DNA of 63,351 nt, the filler included, from Choristocarpus tenellus KU-1152 (taxonomy: Eukaryota > Protista > Phaeophyceae): NCBI GenBank assembly GCA_964200185.2. It is 6 parts of 6 records of this genome, joined end to end, with 100 filler letters (N's around TTAATTAATTAA, not from the genome) between each part and the next. Parts side by side here need not be neighbours in the genome. Positions count along the whole stretch, not along the records: positions 37,006 to 60,066 come from CAXNAD020000266.1; positions 60,167 to 63,351 come from CAXNAD020021693.1; 4 more parts are not named here. The stretch is one strand, 5' to 3'. The notes under the pieces are model-generated. The model was not told the origin of the DNA. It did no database searches and was given only the letters and a program-made list of their open reading frames with translations. Position numbers and translations under genes: made by a program. Shown one piece after another: positions 53,201 to 63,351 of this stretch (positions are counted from its first letter, which is position 1; the number at the start of each line of letters is the position of its first letter).

Positions 53201-56200
53201 CTTGGAGTGAATTTGTGTATTCTGTCATGTCAGGTGGAAGGAGGGAATGCTAAAAGCTATTGGGGACAGTAGACCACAGTTCCTTGAAGTTAGAGTATCA
53301 GATATGAATTGTGCAACTTCTAACATTTTCCATCACAGGGGTACGGCAAGAATGATGAACTAGATACTATCTCTCCCACCTGAATTCAACCACTGTCTTG
53401 AGATAGCCTTTCTTGTTTACCAAACCCAGTAACAAATCCCAACCCCACAGTCTGTAACACACTGGGGCAGAGACAGATCCCACGCAGTCCCCCTGAGAAA
53501 CCTCATTGATAGAAAGGGCTGACAAACTTGTGCACTGATTGGTGCTAGTGATGCAACACCAAGAGATTTTATCTTTTGAAGGCCTATCACTGTTGCCCTG
53601 ACAAACAATCCCAATATCTCACCGCAGGTCCATCCTCTGTTACTATGCCTTTCACATTCTTGTGCTGCTTTCCTGAGACAACTTCTTCAGTGCTCGAATT
53701 GTTTGAGTATGGCCCTGATTGAGAGGGGGAGTTGCCAGATTCTCCACCCCGAATGGAAACTAACTCCTTTAAGAAAGCTGTGGTCTTCCCTATGGTACTG
53801 GTCACCACCTAGAGAATTGAGACAATCAACAAGCTTATGTGCTTGCTGGAGAGAGACACCCTAAACCTCAACTATGGGATATGGGACAAAGGTTTCACCA
53901 CAAAAACAATCGGTCCATCTTCGTCAAAAATTACACGGGACACTCCCTGCATGCCCTGTAACACTTGCAGTTGCCATGAGGTACTGCGTAACTCTTTTAT
54001 TGAATTTATTGTATGATGCATTAAACAAGCCTTAGACGCACCCAACTTCTGATTCAGACACATAAGATAATAAGATAGGCACTCTAGTCTCCTTGCCTTT
54101 GCCACCAACCCTTAAACGATAGATAATGACAATTGATATTTGATCGGACTTTTCCATTGCTCACCTCAGCATCATCCAGTTGGAAGAGGCGGTGACTCAT
54201 GCGAATAGCCTTGGACCTGAGGTAACCCATGTTGTATTTATTTGGCGGAGCCAGCATTGGTATGCTGTCAGTGATCTTGATTCCCATATCCTTGAGACAC
54301 TTTAGCTTGAAGGGATTGTTTGTCATAAGCCGAACACTCTGAAATTAAGAGTCAAACACCACATTAGCAAGAGTCTACAAGTTTCAGTAGCTAAACAAGG
54401 CTCAGCAATATATACAGCAATAATGATAACAGTTTAACACATCACTCTCCTCCACAACTCTATCATAGCAAGATATGCAATATTATGTAAAGATCATTTC
54501 TCCAAAGTTGTCAACACTACTGCCCCCCTCTGCCCTCAACAATCCCAACAATGAACACACTTAGATGCCAAGGACAGAATGTAGGTAATACAGTCAATCA
54601 GGGTCCTCTACCTTTATCCTCATGTCTGCAAGAATGTGCTTGACAGCTTCATATGACCGGAGATCATCTTCAAAGCCCAAGTGTCGATTGGCATCCACAG
54701 TGTCAAGCCCATTGTCTTGAAGTGCATACGCTGCAATTTTGTTTGCAAGGCCAATGCCTCTCCCCTCCTGGTGGTTGCAAGCAAACAGAACTGTCAAGAC
54801 TCTCTACTACTGTTAGGTAGGTCTCTTTGCTTCACTCGTCCTAAACATTTTGAAAATTTATTTAGTAGATAGATGACTGGAGAGACTGGATTTTGGATGT
54901 ACACAAGTAAACTTGGCATTAACATGCTCAACATGGTCATCTCACCTAAGGAAAATAAATAGTATGGATGATGTGCAAAGCAAAGCGCAACACGCCTTGT
55001 CAAGTATTGGTACCGCACATGGCACAAACCACACCTGCTGCATATAGATGATGCAGCCACCATGCTCTGAAATGTATTCTAGTGCAAGATCTAGCTGTTC
55101 CTTGCAGTCACACCTCATGGAGCCCAGCACCTCTGACGTGAGGCACTGGTCATGTACTCTCACTGGAACTTCCTCTTGGCCAGAGGGGTCTTTCCCATTC
55201 TACCAAATTGATTTAACAAATCACACGCAGGGATGGGATCGTGTAGGGCAGATAAAAGGGGGAAGATGAGGATTGCAGACACATTACACATGTATATATG
55301 TAACACGTTTAGGCACCTTCTTGCCTCATTCAGTTGCAAGACATTTTCTATGTGCACCACAAAAAAAAGTAGTGAAGAGCAGGTGTGTCCTGGAAGTGTC
55401 ATAGGTGAAACACACCTGTGATTGGGGTGCATTGTAGGTGTTAGTTAGAAGAGGTCGCTCTCAATTCACCAATATCTTCCACTAGGCAGTTGACATGTAG
55501 AAGCGTATGAAATATTAGTACTAGTGATAATAGTAGGTATTCTTCAAAGGTCAGCATGAGTTGAGACAGTTTCTTATCCGCCTATGTGGCAGGAATAACC
55601 CTTGCACAGTAGCACAGATGTAGAAGTATGTGGTACTACCAATACACACACATATATGTATTAGGAGAGTTTGCAGGGAATTAGAGTCAGAACAATCATC
55701 ACCTGGAAATATTTGCACTTTCAAGAACTTTCAAGAATGAAATGAAAACAATAATAGTAATAATAATATATACTGTGTATGTATAGAGAACTCCACGTGT
55801 TATCCAACTTCGTTGTTCTCTGCAAAACAAGCCTACAGTCATGTCATCCAATAGCTCTCAGTGACCAGTGGCCAAGCAACCATACCAGGCTCAAAACCAG
55901 TTGCCTTTTGGAATTGCTGGCACAGCACTTTCATACATTTAATTTTTTTTATTCACAAGTCTCTCTGATATATCTATGTATCTCTTGATACAGTGCACAC
56001 TACAGCATGTTAGGTCTCGTCTGTCAACACAGTCAGGGGGCTTTTAGGGTACTATTGAGGAGCCCCATAGACGATGTAGGTCCAACTGAGAGTTAGGGTA
56101 GACCAAGGGCCTTCCCCTGTGGTGACACCTCCACATAAAATAGAAACCATTTGATCTTCCTAAACACGCATTTGCTTGAAAGAGGTTTTTTTCAACAGTA

Positions 56201-59200
56201 TCAATCCAATACCCATCTCCTCATATCCCGGTATTGGTGGTCCCATCTTACTGGTAAGGTGTGATATGGTTAGACAAAAGGTTGAGAGCAGGACAGTTAC
56301 AGTTTCATGAGTGGGAAATCGGCATCTTAGCCTGTGAGTGGGTACTGTTTGCTGTTTGAGCTTTTTTCTGCCATGCTACTTAGATATTACTTCACACTAT
56401 ATACTACAATACAATCCTGCATTGTGGTCATTTTGGAAATGAAAATAGACTGCTCACATTATAACAGCGAACCAACCCTAACCCTCAAAAATATAATTGT
56501 ACGTGATTGAACTAAAGTACTTCTCAATACCAAACCCTATCGGCATCGTAATCCAGAATAGAACGGTCACGAACATTTCAACAATCTATTTTCTTCTCAA
56601 GAGGCATTATCAACCTTCTAAGATTCAAGAATCTCAACAGCCAAACTGACCAAGAACAATCCGAGGTACCTTACGTGCTGTGAAAACTACTACCACAAGG
56701 ATTCAACATTCAAGGGTGCAAACCAATTGGTAGATGTTATTTCTTGGATACTCAAGAATGCAGAGTAAGATTACTAGTATTTCTACAAAATTCCCATGGA
56801 CCATTGAAATGATACAACTATTTCATGTTCAACTGTGCTCACCCCCCCCCCCTCCAAAATGTGCGATGAAGATACTCTTCAAGTAGTGCTTTTAAAAAAA
56901 TGAAATTCTGAAAAGTGTTGAGAAGATGCAAGGCACTAGATCCAACCAATATGGCAGTGGGGACAACGTCCTAATAAATCAAAATTAGAATAAGGAGTGC
57001 ATCCACAACAAAGAAGAAAAACAAATTTCCATTCTTCATTAAACAAAACTGTCAGTCAGGTCCATCCAAGGATTACTGTGCTATGCGTGTCATGGTGTAC
57101 TAATACGTAGAGCAGTCATTGGTGCTTTGCAATGGTATGGTGTTGATATCTCCTGTCTGTACAATAGTCCAATACTCTTAATGTAACAATCTGGCACAGT
57201 ACAGCAATGGATATTAATATGATATTTGCTCTCAGGATCGTCTCAGGACCGACAGGATGACCCCCATCACCACCTTGGTCATGTCAACACTGCTCCTATC
57301 CTTCACTTTTGTGCCAAGACTCTAGGGTAGCACTTGTGTTTCTCTTGAGAATTGTAGATGAGTCTAACCAGGTGTTGCTGAGTTTTGAGGGTCCCTCTGA
57401 CTTATTGGTGGCACACGTTGGTATATGGATACATCCAGATTGCACAAGCACTTTATCCATATTGATGACCCTCTTTGAATGTCTTAGGGTTAGGGCTATT
57501 TTACATAAATACGGTTCAAAAACTCGTGTGAAACTCAAAATGTTGCTAACACATCCCACTCAGTTACTATGACTTGAAATTGACAATGGCTCGAGAAAAT
57601 CTCTCTTTCCCTCATGGCCACCCTCATTGCCATACTTTGGAAAAACAAATCAGTAGTGTACACCATTTTGAAGGCTGTCTTCAATTAATGGTGTTGGATC
57701 ATGGTCCCTTCCTTAATTGCGCTCTTCTCAACTGCTCGCTTCACCCCTTCCCTAACGTGTGCAAACGAATGCTAAAAATCCTCTTCCACCCAATGCTGTA
57801 AACATTATGATTAATGAAATCATACCCTAAAATCCAAGAGACTCTATTGGAGGGAGCATGTTTAGAAATCAAGAGGTTGAAGGGCCTGAGTTGTATTACA
57901 AACTTTGAGGTATGCTATCTTTGGATGAATCATTTTGCTTCTGTGGCAGAGAGCTTTGTGATGTTGATCAGCAAAGCCCTGTTCCTGTTCCTAAATAAAT
58001 GCATACATATATTTATAACTTGTAAGTATGTATGATAAACACTGTCTTTTCAACCTTAGTTTGGGTAATGTTGCTGTCAGTACCCTGCACTATTAATAGA
58101 TACACAAAGCAGAACATGCAGATGCCATGGAATGCTCACACGTACCAATGTGTGCAGAGCAGTATTTTGTGCTCTCCCTCAGTACAGATGTACCTGAACC
58201 CTGCTATTGATGGGTAGAAAAGCATGGCACAAATGTAATTACATCATTATACTATGCTGCTTACACATTTACACACTCAAAAATGAATCAGATTCTGTTT
58301 CTCCATCTCTCCTCTGCACTCACCGCCATTAATACAACAGGCTCAAGCGACCTTCCATTTCCCTCATGCCTGTAGGCTCGCAAGCGGAATCCCCCCCGTG
58401 ATGTCGGTAGGTCGCACTCCGACACAAACCTAGTAACTGTGGTATCGCAGACCACTCCCTCATCAATTTTCACCTTTTCCATTTCGATCTCTGCTGCCCC
58501 ACCCCTTGGGATTCGACTAAACAATGTACTTGAACTACTTTGATCGACAGCTTCAACCACCGTGCGAGAACCTTGTAACGAAAAAGCACTTTGATCAACT
58601 CCCTGACAGTTTGAAGAAGACGGACAAAAGAGACAAGTGATCCAGTCACAAGGGAGTGTGAAGAGAGGAGATGGCCTGCAATGGGAAGGCAGTCTATATC
58701 CGGATACATCACGTAATAATCAAACTTCAGCAGCAGCCTTCGTCATTAACATGGAACTCACTAGTATCTAGTAACCAGTCAACAAGGCATGCGAATCAAG
58801 AAAGACGGCAAAGATTGAATTTCTACGGGAAAGAATCCTCGAAGAAAACCTTTATGGAAAGGGAGATGATCCTATCGTTCGACTGGACTGCGAACGAAGG
58901 CTAGTATAGCTTTCTTTATTGGGGTGTTTTCACAGGTCGCCTCCCATGGTTTTGCTCCAACTCTTGTAGTACCTCGGAACATGTCCCACCGACGGCCGAT
59001 GGCATATCACGTCGATATCCCTGATCACCCATTCCAAAACCAGCTAGCAAAGCACCGGTAATAGATCGAAATCCTTCTGCACTCGTCTGTGAGTGCGAGG
59101 ATGGGCGGACGGGGGACATTGGAAGGCAACAGCGGTGGTGGGACACAGTGAAATACAGGATGCCATCGGAATGGACACCGAATAAGCGTGGGCTTGTTTA

Positions 59201-59596
59201 ATCTAGTATGTAGCAGTGGTGTTCATGGTTGTAGTAAACGATGAAGTTGACAGAACACTTCTTTCCATGAGTTAAGATGCTGCTTGAAAGTAAGCATCCG
59301 TGGATTGTTGAGGTGACAAGAAGATCTCTCACCGGTCCAGATTTCCCTTGCGAAGTAACAATCTCCCTTGCGCATGTTCCAAAGAAGCACAAACCAGATC
59401 TCAATGAAAACATGGACATGTAGGCCGTTTGGGCAGGTTTTCCCCGACAATCATGCCCTCCTCCCATAACTCCCCTCCCTGTTCCAATGGGGCCAGAGGA
59501 TGCCAACCCTACGTCTACTATTACTGCTGCCAGCAGCACCAAAGAGAGGGCAAATGCAGAAGGTCGACTGCATGCCGCACATGGTCTAGAAAACAT
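50260..59596 (-). CDS. RIBA: Bifunctional riboflavin biosynthesis protein: signal peptide + GTP cyclohydrolase II (N-terminal) + DHBP synthase (C-terminal); 13 exons, ~660 aa
   Basis: Exons 59333-59596, 58990-59086, 58324-58571, 55035-55199, 54612-54767, 54165-54338, 53623-53808, 53036-53221, 52481-52561, 51924-52070, 51231-51284, 50729-50853, 50260-50359 (1983 nt, in phase). GCHII motifs: [60 protein letters not shown] motifs: [48 protein letters not shown]. Confidence 0.95.
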
Positions 59597-60066
59597 CTTG
59601 ACTCACTCTCATGTGTTGAACCTCATTACTCCTGGCTTGTTTATGGGGCCAAAAACGGTTGATAGAGGCGTTATTCCATTGAAACGGTACGAAAATTCAA
59701 CACTATAAAAAATGACAAACGAAGTAAAATATAGTCGAAAAATCAGCGGTGCGCCGACTTGGAGGAAAATCGGAGAACTTCGTCAACAGCATACGATGCT
59801 TCGCAAAAGGTATCTCAACATGCGTCACCAGTCCTCACCACCGTAGATTCTTCACCTGGGACTAAAGCACCTGGAGCAATTTGACTGTTCGTGACCACCA
59901 CCTCCACGTTTACACACTCTGATGAGACCAGGTATCTCTGTTCCATCCTTTGTGGCACGGCCGCTCAATTTTTTGTCCACCTCCAGCACCTTGACTACTG
60001 CAAAGTTTTGGTACAGCGACACACTATCAAAATGGCTCAAAGTATCTGGGGGGAGGGGGGGGGGCT

Positions 60067-60166
60067 NNNNNNNNNNNNNNNNNNNNNNNNNNNNNNNNNN
60101 NNNNNNNNNNTTAATTAATTAANNNNNNNNNNNNNNNNNNNNNNNNNNNNNNNNNNNNNNNNNNNN
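60067..60166. other. Artificial contig spacer
   Basis: N44-TTAATTAATTAA-N44. Confidence 0.99.
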
Positions 60167-60450
60167 AGAGAGAGAGAGATGAAAAATCAGGTAAGGGGGG
60201 TTCCTGCTACTCTTATTAAGAAAAATATAATGTAATATACCCCCTCTGTACATTTTGGAACCTCTAGAATCACCAGGGTATAAAAACATAAAAATTATAT
60301 AAATGTATATATTTTTTGTGCAACCAGCTTGGCTAGCTCCCTTGTTTGCCTCCCTCGTCTGTGTCCCCCCGAATGGCCCTCTCCTCTGAAGAGGTGCGGA
60401 CAATTTCCATTGTGTTTGTTGTATCCATATATTACCTAGAATATATATTA

Positions 60451-60660
60451 TCATTAATCATAATATACTTAATATTATTAATACTAATCATAATATACTT
60501 GATATTATTAATACTAATCATAATATACTTGATATTATTAATACTAATCATAATATACTTGATATTATTAATACTAATCATAATATACTTGATATTATTA
60601 ATACTAATCATAATATACTTGATATTATTAATACTAATCATAATATACTTAATATTAATA
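60451..60660 (+). repeat. 30-bp AT-rich minisatellite x7 (ATACTAATCATAATATACTTGATATTATTA)
   Basis: Near-identical tandem units with no spacers. Confidence 0.95.
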
Positions 60661-61235
60661 ATATTATACTTATTGTTATATACCCCACCCCCCCTTGCGT
60701 GTGCGTCTCTTGAACGTAACGTCAGGGAGGATTTTTTTTTTCAAACTTGATTTAAAAAATAAATAAATCTAAAACGGTGTGTGCATCATTTTGACGTCTG
60801 TGAAAGTTTAAAAAAAGGGTCAGGAGACGAGACCAGAGAAGAAAAAACCAATAACAAAGAAAATAGGAAAAGAAAAAAAGAAAGGGGGCATTTTTCTTTT
60901 TTATTAACGGGCTGTGGAATGTTTTTCCCGGAGAGTTTGTGGAAAATTCCTGATATGTATTTGATGAGTGACAAGTGGAGGAGGTTGCATGATTGAAATA
61001 AATTGATATATATATGTAGAGAGAGAGAGAGAGTTGTAATGTGTGTATCTTGATGCCCCTACTAAAAAAAAAAAGGTTTGCTGACACAAAGTCGTGTGGT
61101 TCCAAGGGGCCCAAGAAATCCGTGCCTGTTTTATATTCTTACCTGCAATCAACTTAACATTTTTTTTTAACTTTGGAAGGGAAAAAAAAAAATCTGTGGC
61201 GAACATAATATCAATCCCCTTGTCTTTTGTCTGTT

Positions 61236-61275
<40 letters not shown>

Positions 61276-61295
61276 ATGTGTTTTGCTCCCATCAG

Positions 61296-62701
61296 GGGAT
61301 ACGCTCCAGGAACAATGGGTACATCTCTGGTACCTGTTGACTTTGGAACTGGACGGACTGCCATGAGTATCACCACCGGAGATAATCACAGTTGTGCCAT
61401 CCTCGATGACGGTAGCCTCAAGGTATGGAGGTCTTGTTGGTTAGGGCAGAGTGAGGGGTGAAGTGTAGCACACACTGTGGTGGAGGTTTGAAGACGAGAC
61501 TCTTAGAGATTTTGGTCTTTTGGTAGGGACTATTTGAGGGACTGTCATGACGCTCTAGGGTATACTGGTAATGTCAGCGTGACACCAGACTGACATCAGC
61601 ATGACGTTGTAGGGTATACCACTAACCCCTATCTCCCTCTGCACAATCCCCTTGATGTGCTTGCTATGGAGCATACCTACAGACCGGGTGCCAGAGAGTG
61701 TTCCCTAACCCTCACCTATAATATAACTCAAGAGTTGATCCCCCCCTACTCCCCCCCCCCCCCCCCCCACCCCCAACTCTCTCCCCAACTCAATGCTCCC
61801 ACTCATTCCCAGTGTTTCGGAGCCAACGGCATTGGCCAGCTTGGTCTGGGGGACACAGAAGATCGTGGGGATGATGCTGACGAGATGGGGGATTCCCTCC
61901 CTGCTGTCAACCTTGGCACTGGGAGAACTGCAGTGGTCCTATCAGTTTCCACCTTTCCCACTCAAGGTCCAACTCCCAGGGTGACCCCTATCCCCACCCC
62001 ATCTCCCACATTAGATTCCACAGCGTTGTCTACCCCATCTCCCACGCTAGCAGCCACGATTGCCACTCCAGCCCCTGTGACTGCAAACAGAGGACTGGGG
62101 ACACCTGCGCCATCTGGACAGGGAACGCCTGCACCATCGGCAAACCTGCTGGCAAGCGGGGGGGGAGGGGATTCCTCGGGATGTGAGTGGGAGTTGAATT
62201 TCTGGATGTGTTGCGTGTTTTATGTGTTGTGTGTGTTACGTGTTTTGTGTGTTATGTTTATGTTTTGAGAGATATTGTATTGCATATTAAATATTTAATA
62301 TTTTTCTCTTGATATTTCTTTTGAGTTTTTATTTTTCCTTACCGGTGTTGTGGATAGTGTACAATGCATAAAAATAAAATATTGTGTCGTGGTTGTACTT
62401 ATTTCATCCGTATCCGGAAGCTTGACGTTTATATTTTATTGTTGTTGAAATGGTATAGAATCATTGTTTGTTATCTATACAGTGAGTTGAAAACCAACAT
62501 GTTGTATTAAAGACGGTGAGACGTAACATACTTACCAATACATGCATTCTGGATAACGGCTGTGGGAAGTAGAATATTTGATTCTATCTGCATCCTGTCA
62601 GATTCAAAACATATTTAAACGATTGTGGCCAGCCCATCTGTGCATCTTCACCAACATATCCCTCTCTACTGTATTAGAAAAAATACAGCCCAAAGGGGAA
62701 G

Positions 62702-62738
<37 letters not shown>

Positions 62739-63092
62739 AGCTGATTCTGTTCAGTGTGATGACTTGCAGGAAATAACTCTGTTATGGTCTTGATAATGAC
62801 ACCAAAATAATATAAAATAATAATGAGATGTGTCCGTCACAAGTCATTGTGGAAAAAATAATATAGTTCATACATGAGATTTCCATGAAATGCTCCCAAA
62901 ATTGTCTTATAATGCACCCCCTCACCCAATCGATCTGTGTCCTTTCATGTACTTTTTTTTTTCCAGTATCATCAGGCACAGAGGAAATCCTTGTGTGGGT
63001 TGCGGCTCCGGTGGGGGCAATTATCCTGATGTCTGCTGTTGTAATATTGGCACGGAAGAGGAGGGCATCGTCTATAGCAGCAAAGCCTGGAG
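61296..63092 (+). CDS. RCC1/BLIP-II-like repeat protein with Pro/Thr stalk and single TM (partial): exons 61296-61422, 61813-62182, 62967-63092
   Basis: GYAPGTMGTSLVPVDFGTGRTAMSITTGDNHSCAILDDGSLK|CFGANGIGQLGLGDTEDRGDDADEMGDSLPAVNLG, then TPSP/TPAP repeats, then ILVWVAAPVGAIILMSAVVILA-RKRR. Phases match. Confidence 0.9.
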
Positions 63093-63195
63093 GTGAGTAG
63101 GCCAAGGATGTAGGGACATGATAATGGTTACAGGTGGTCAGTGGTTGGGGGGGCGCTATAGATTGCTGCACATAATTCTTGGAAGTTCTGTTGAA

Positions 63196-63198
<3 letters not shown>

Positions 63199-63239
<41 letters not shown>
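63199..63239 (+). repeat. (CA)n microsatellite (also (TG)n at ~61234-61272)
   Basis: Read directly. Confidence 0.9.
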
Positions 63240-63241
<2 letters not shown>

Positions 63242-63351
63242 TACACATACATTTCTAGAGGGTGTTACTTGTGACTGTTAGGCTTGCAACAGGGTATATT
63301 TGCATATATATGTAATTTATTTTTTGGGGGGGAGGGGCAGGGGGGCGTTTT

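Noticed and set aside
55200-59900. FMN riboswitch in the large intron or leader of the riboflavin gene
   Set aside because: No RFN consensus was recognised by eye; an Infernal scan would be needed to exclude it fully.
5359-60166. Recurrent palindrome TTAATTAATTAA, and apparent gene neighbourhoods across it
   Set aside because: It is an artificial N-flanked spacer; the contigs are not truly adjacent.
60451-60660. 30-bp repeat array as a CRISPR array, or as the ILLILIIIY membrane ORF
   Set aside because: Units are contiguous with no spacers; it is a minisatellite and the ORF is a by-product.

Overview
Intron-rich eukaryotic DNA from a photosynthetic stramenopile, most likely a brown alga (EsV-1-7 repeat gene, bipartite plastid leader, CCCTAA-rich introns). 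The window is six unrelated contigs (1-5358, 5459-29468, 29569-34088, 34189-36905, 37006-60066, 60167-63351) joined by artificial 100-nt N44-TTAATTAATTAA-N44 spacers, so adjacency across spacers means nothing. Gene models were built by hand from splice sites and phase continuity: a class-I-like myosin head fragment; a complete PsbP-domain gene (6 exons); a partial EsV-1-7 repeat gene; a ~22-exon, ~920-aa uncharacterised membrane protein (winged-helix-like domain plus CorA-like two-TM module, two GC-AG introns); a 13-exon riboflavin-biosynthesis fusion with reversed domain order (GTP cyclohydrolase II first, DHBP synthase last) and an RGG motif ahead of each domain; and a partial RCC1-repeat/stalk/TM surface protein. 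Intergenic DNA holds decayed transposons (CRE-like non-LTR, tyrosine-recombinase retroelement, DD39D-type mariner), two related MITE families with 3-bp TSDs, and a CoiA-like nuclease relic. CpG is strongly depleted except at gene 5' ends. The best candidates for something new are the wHTH + CorA-like protein and the permuted RibA-RibB fusion. No database searches were run; family calls rest on motif recognition.
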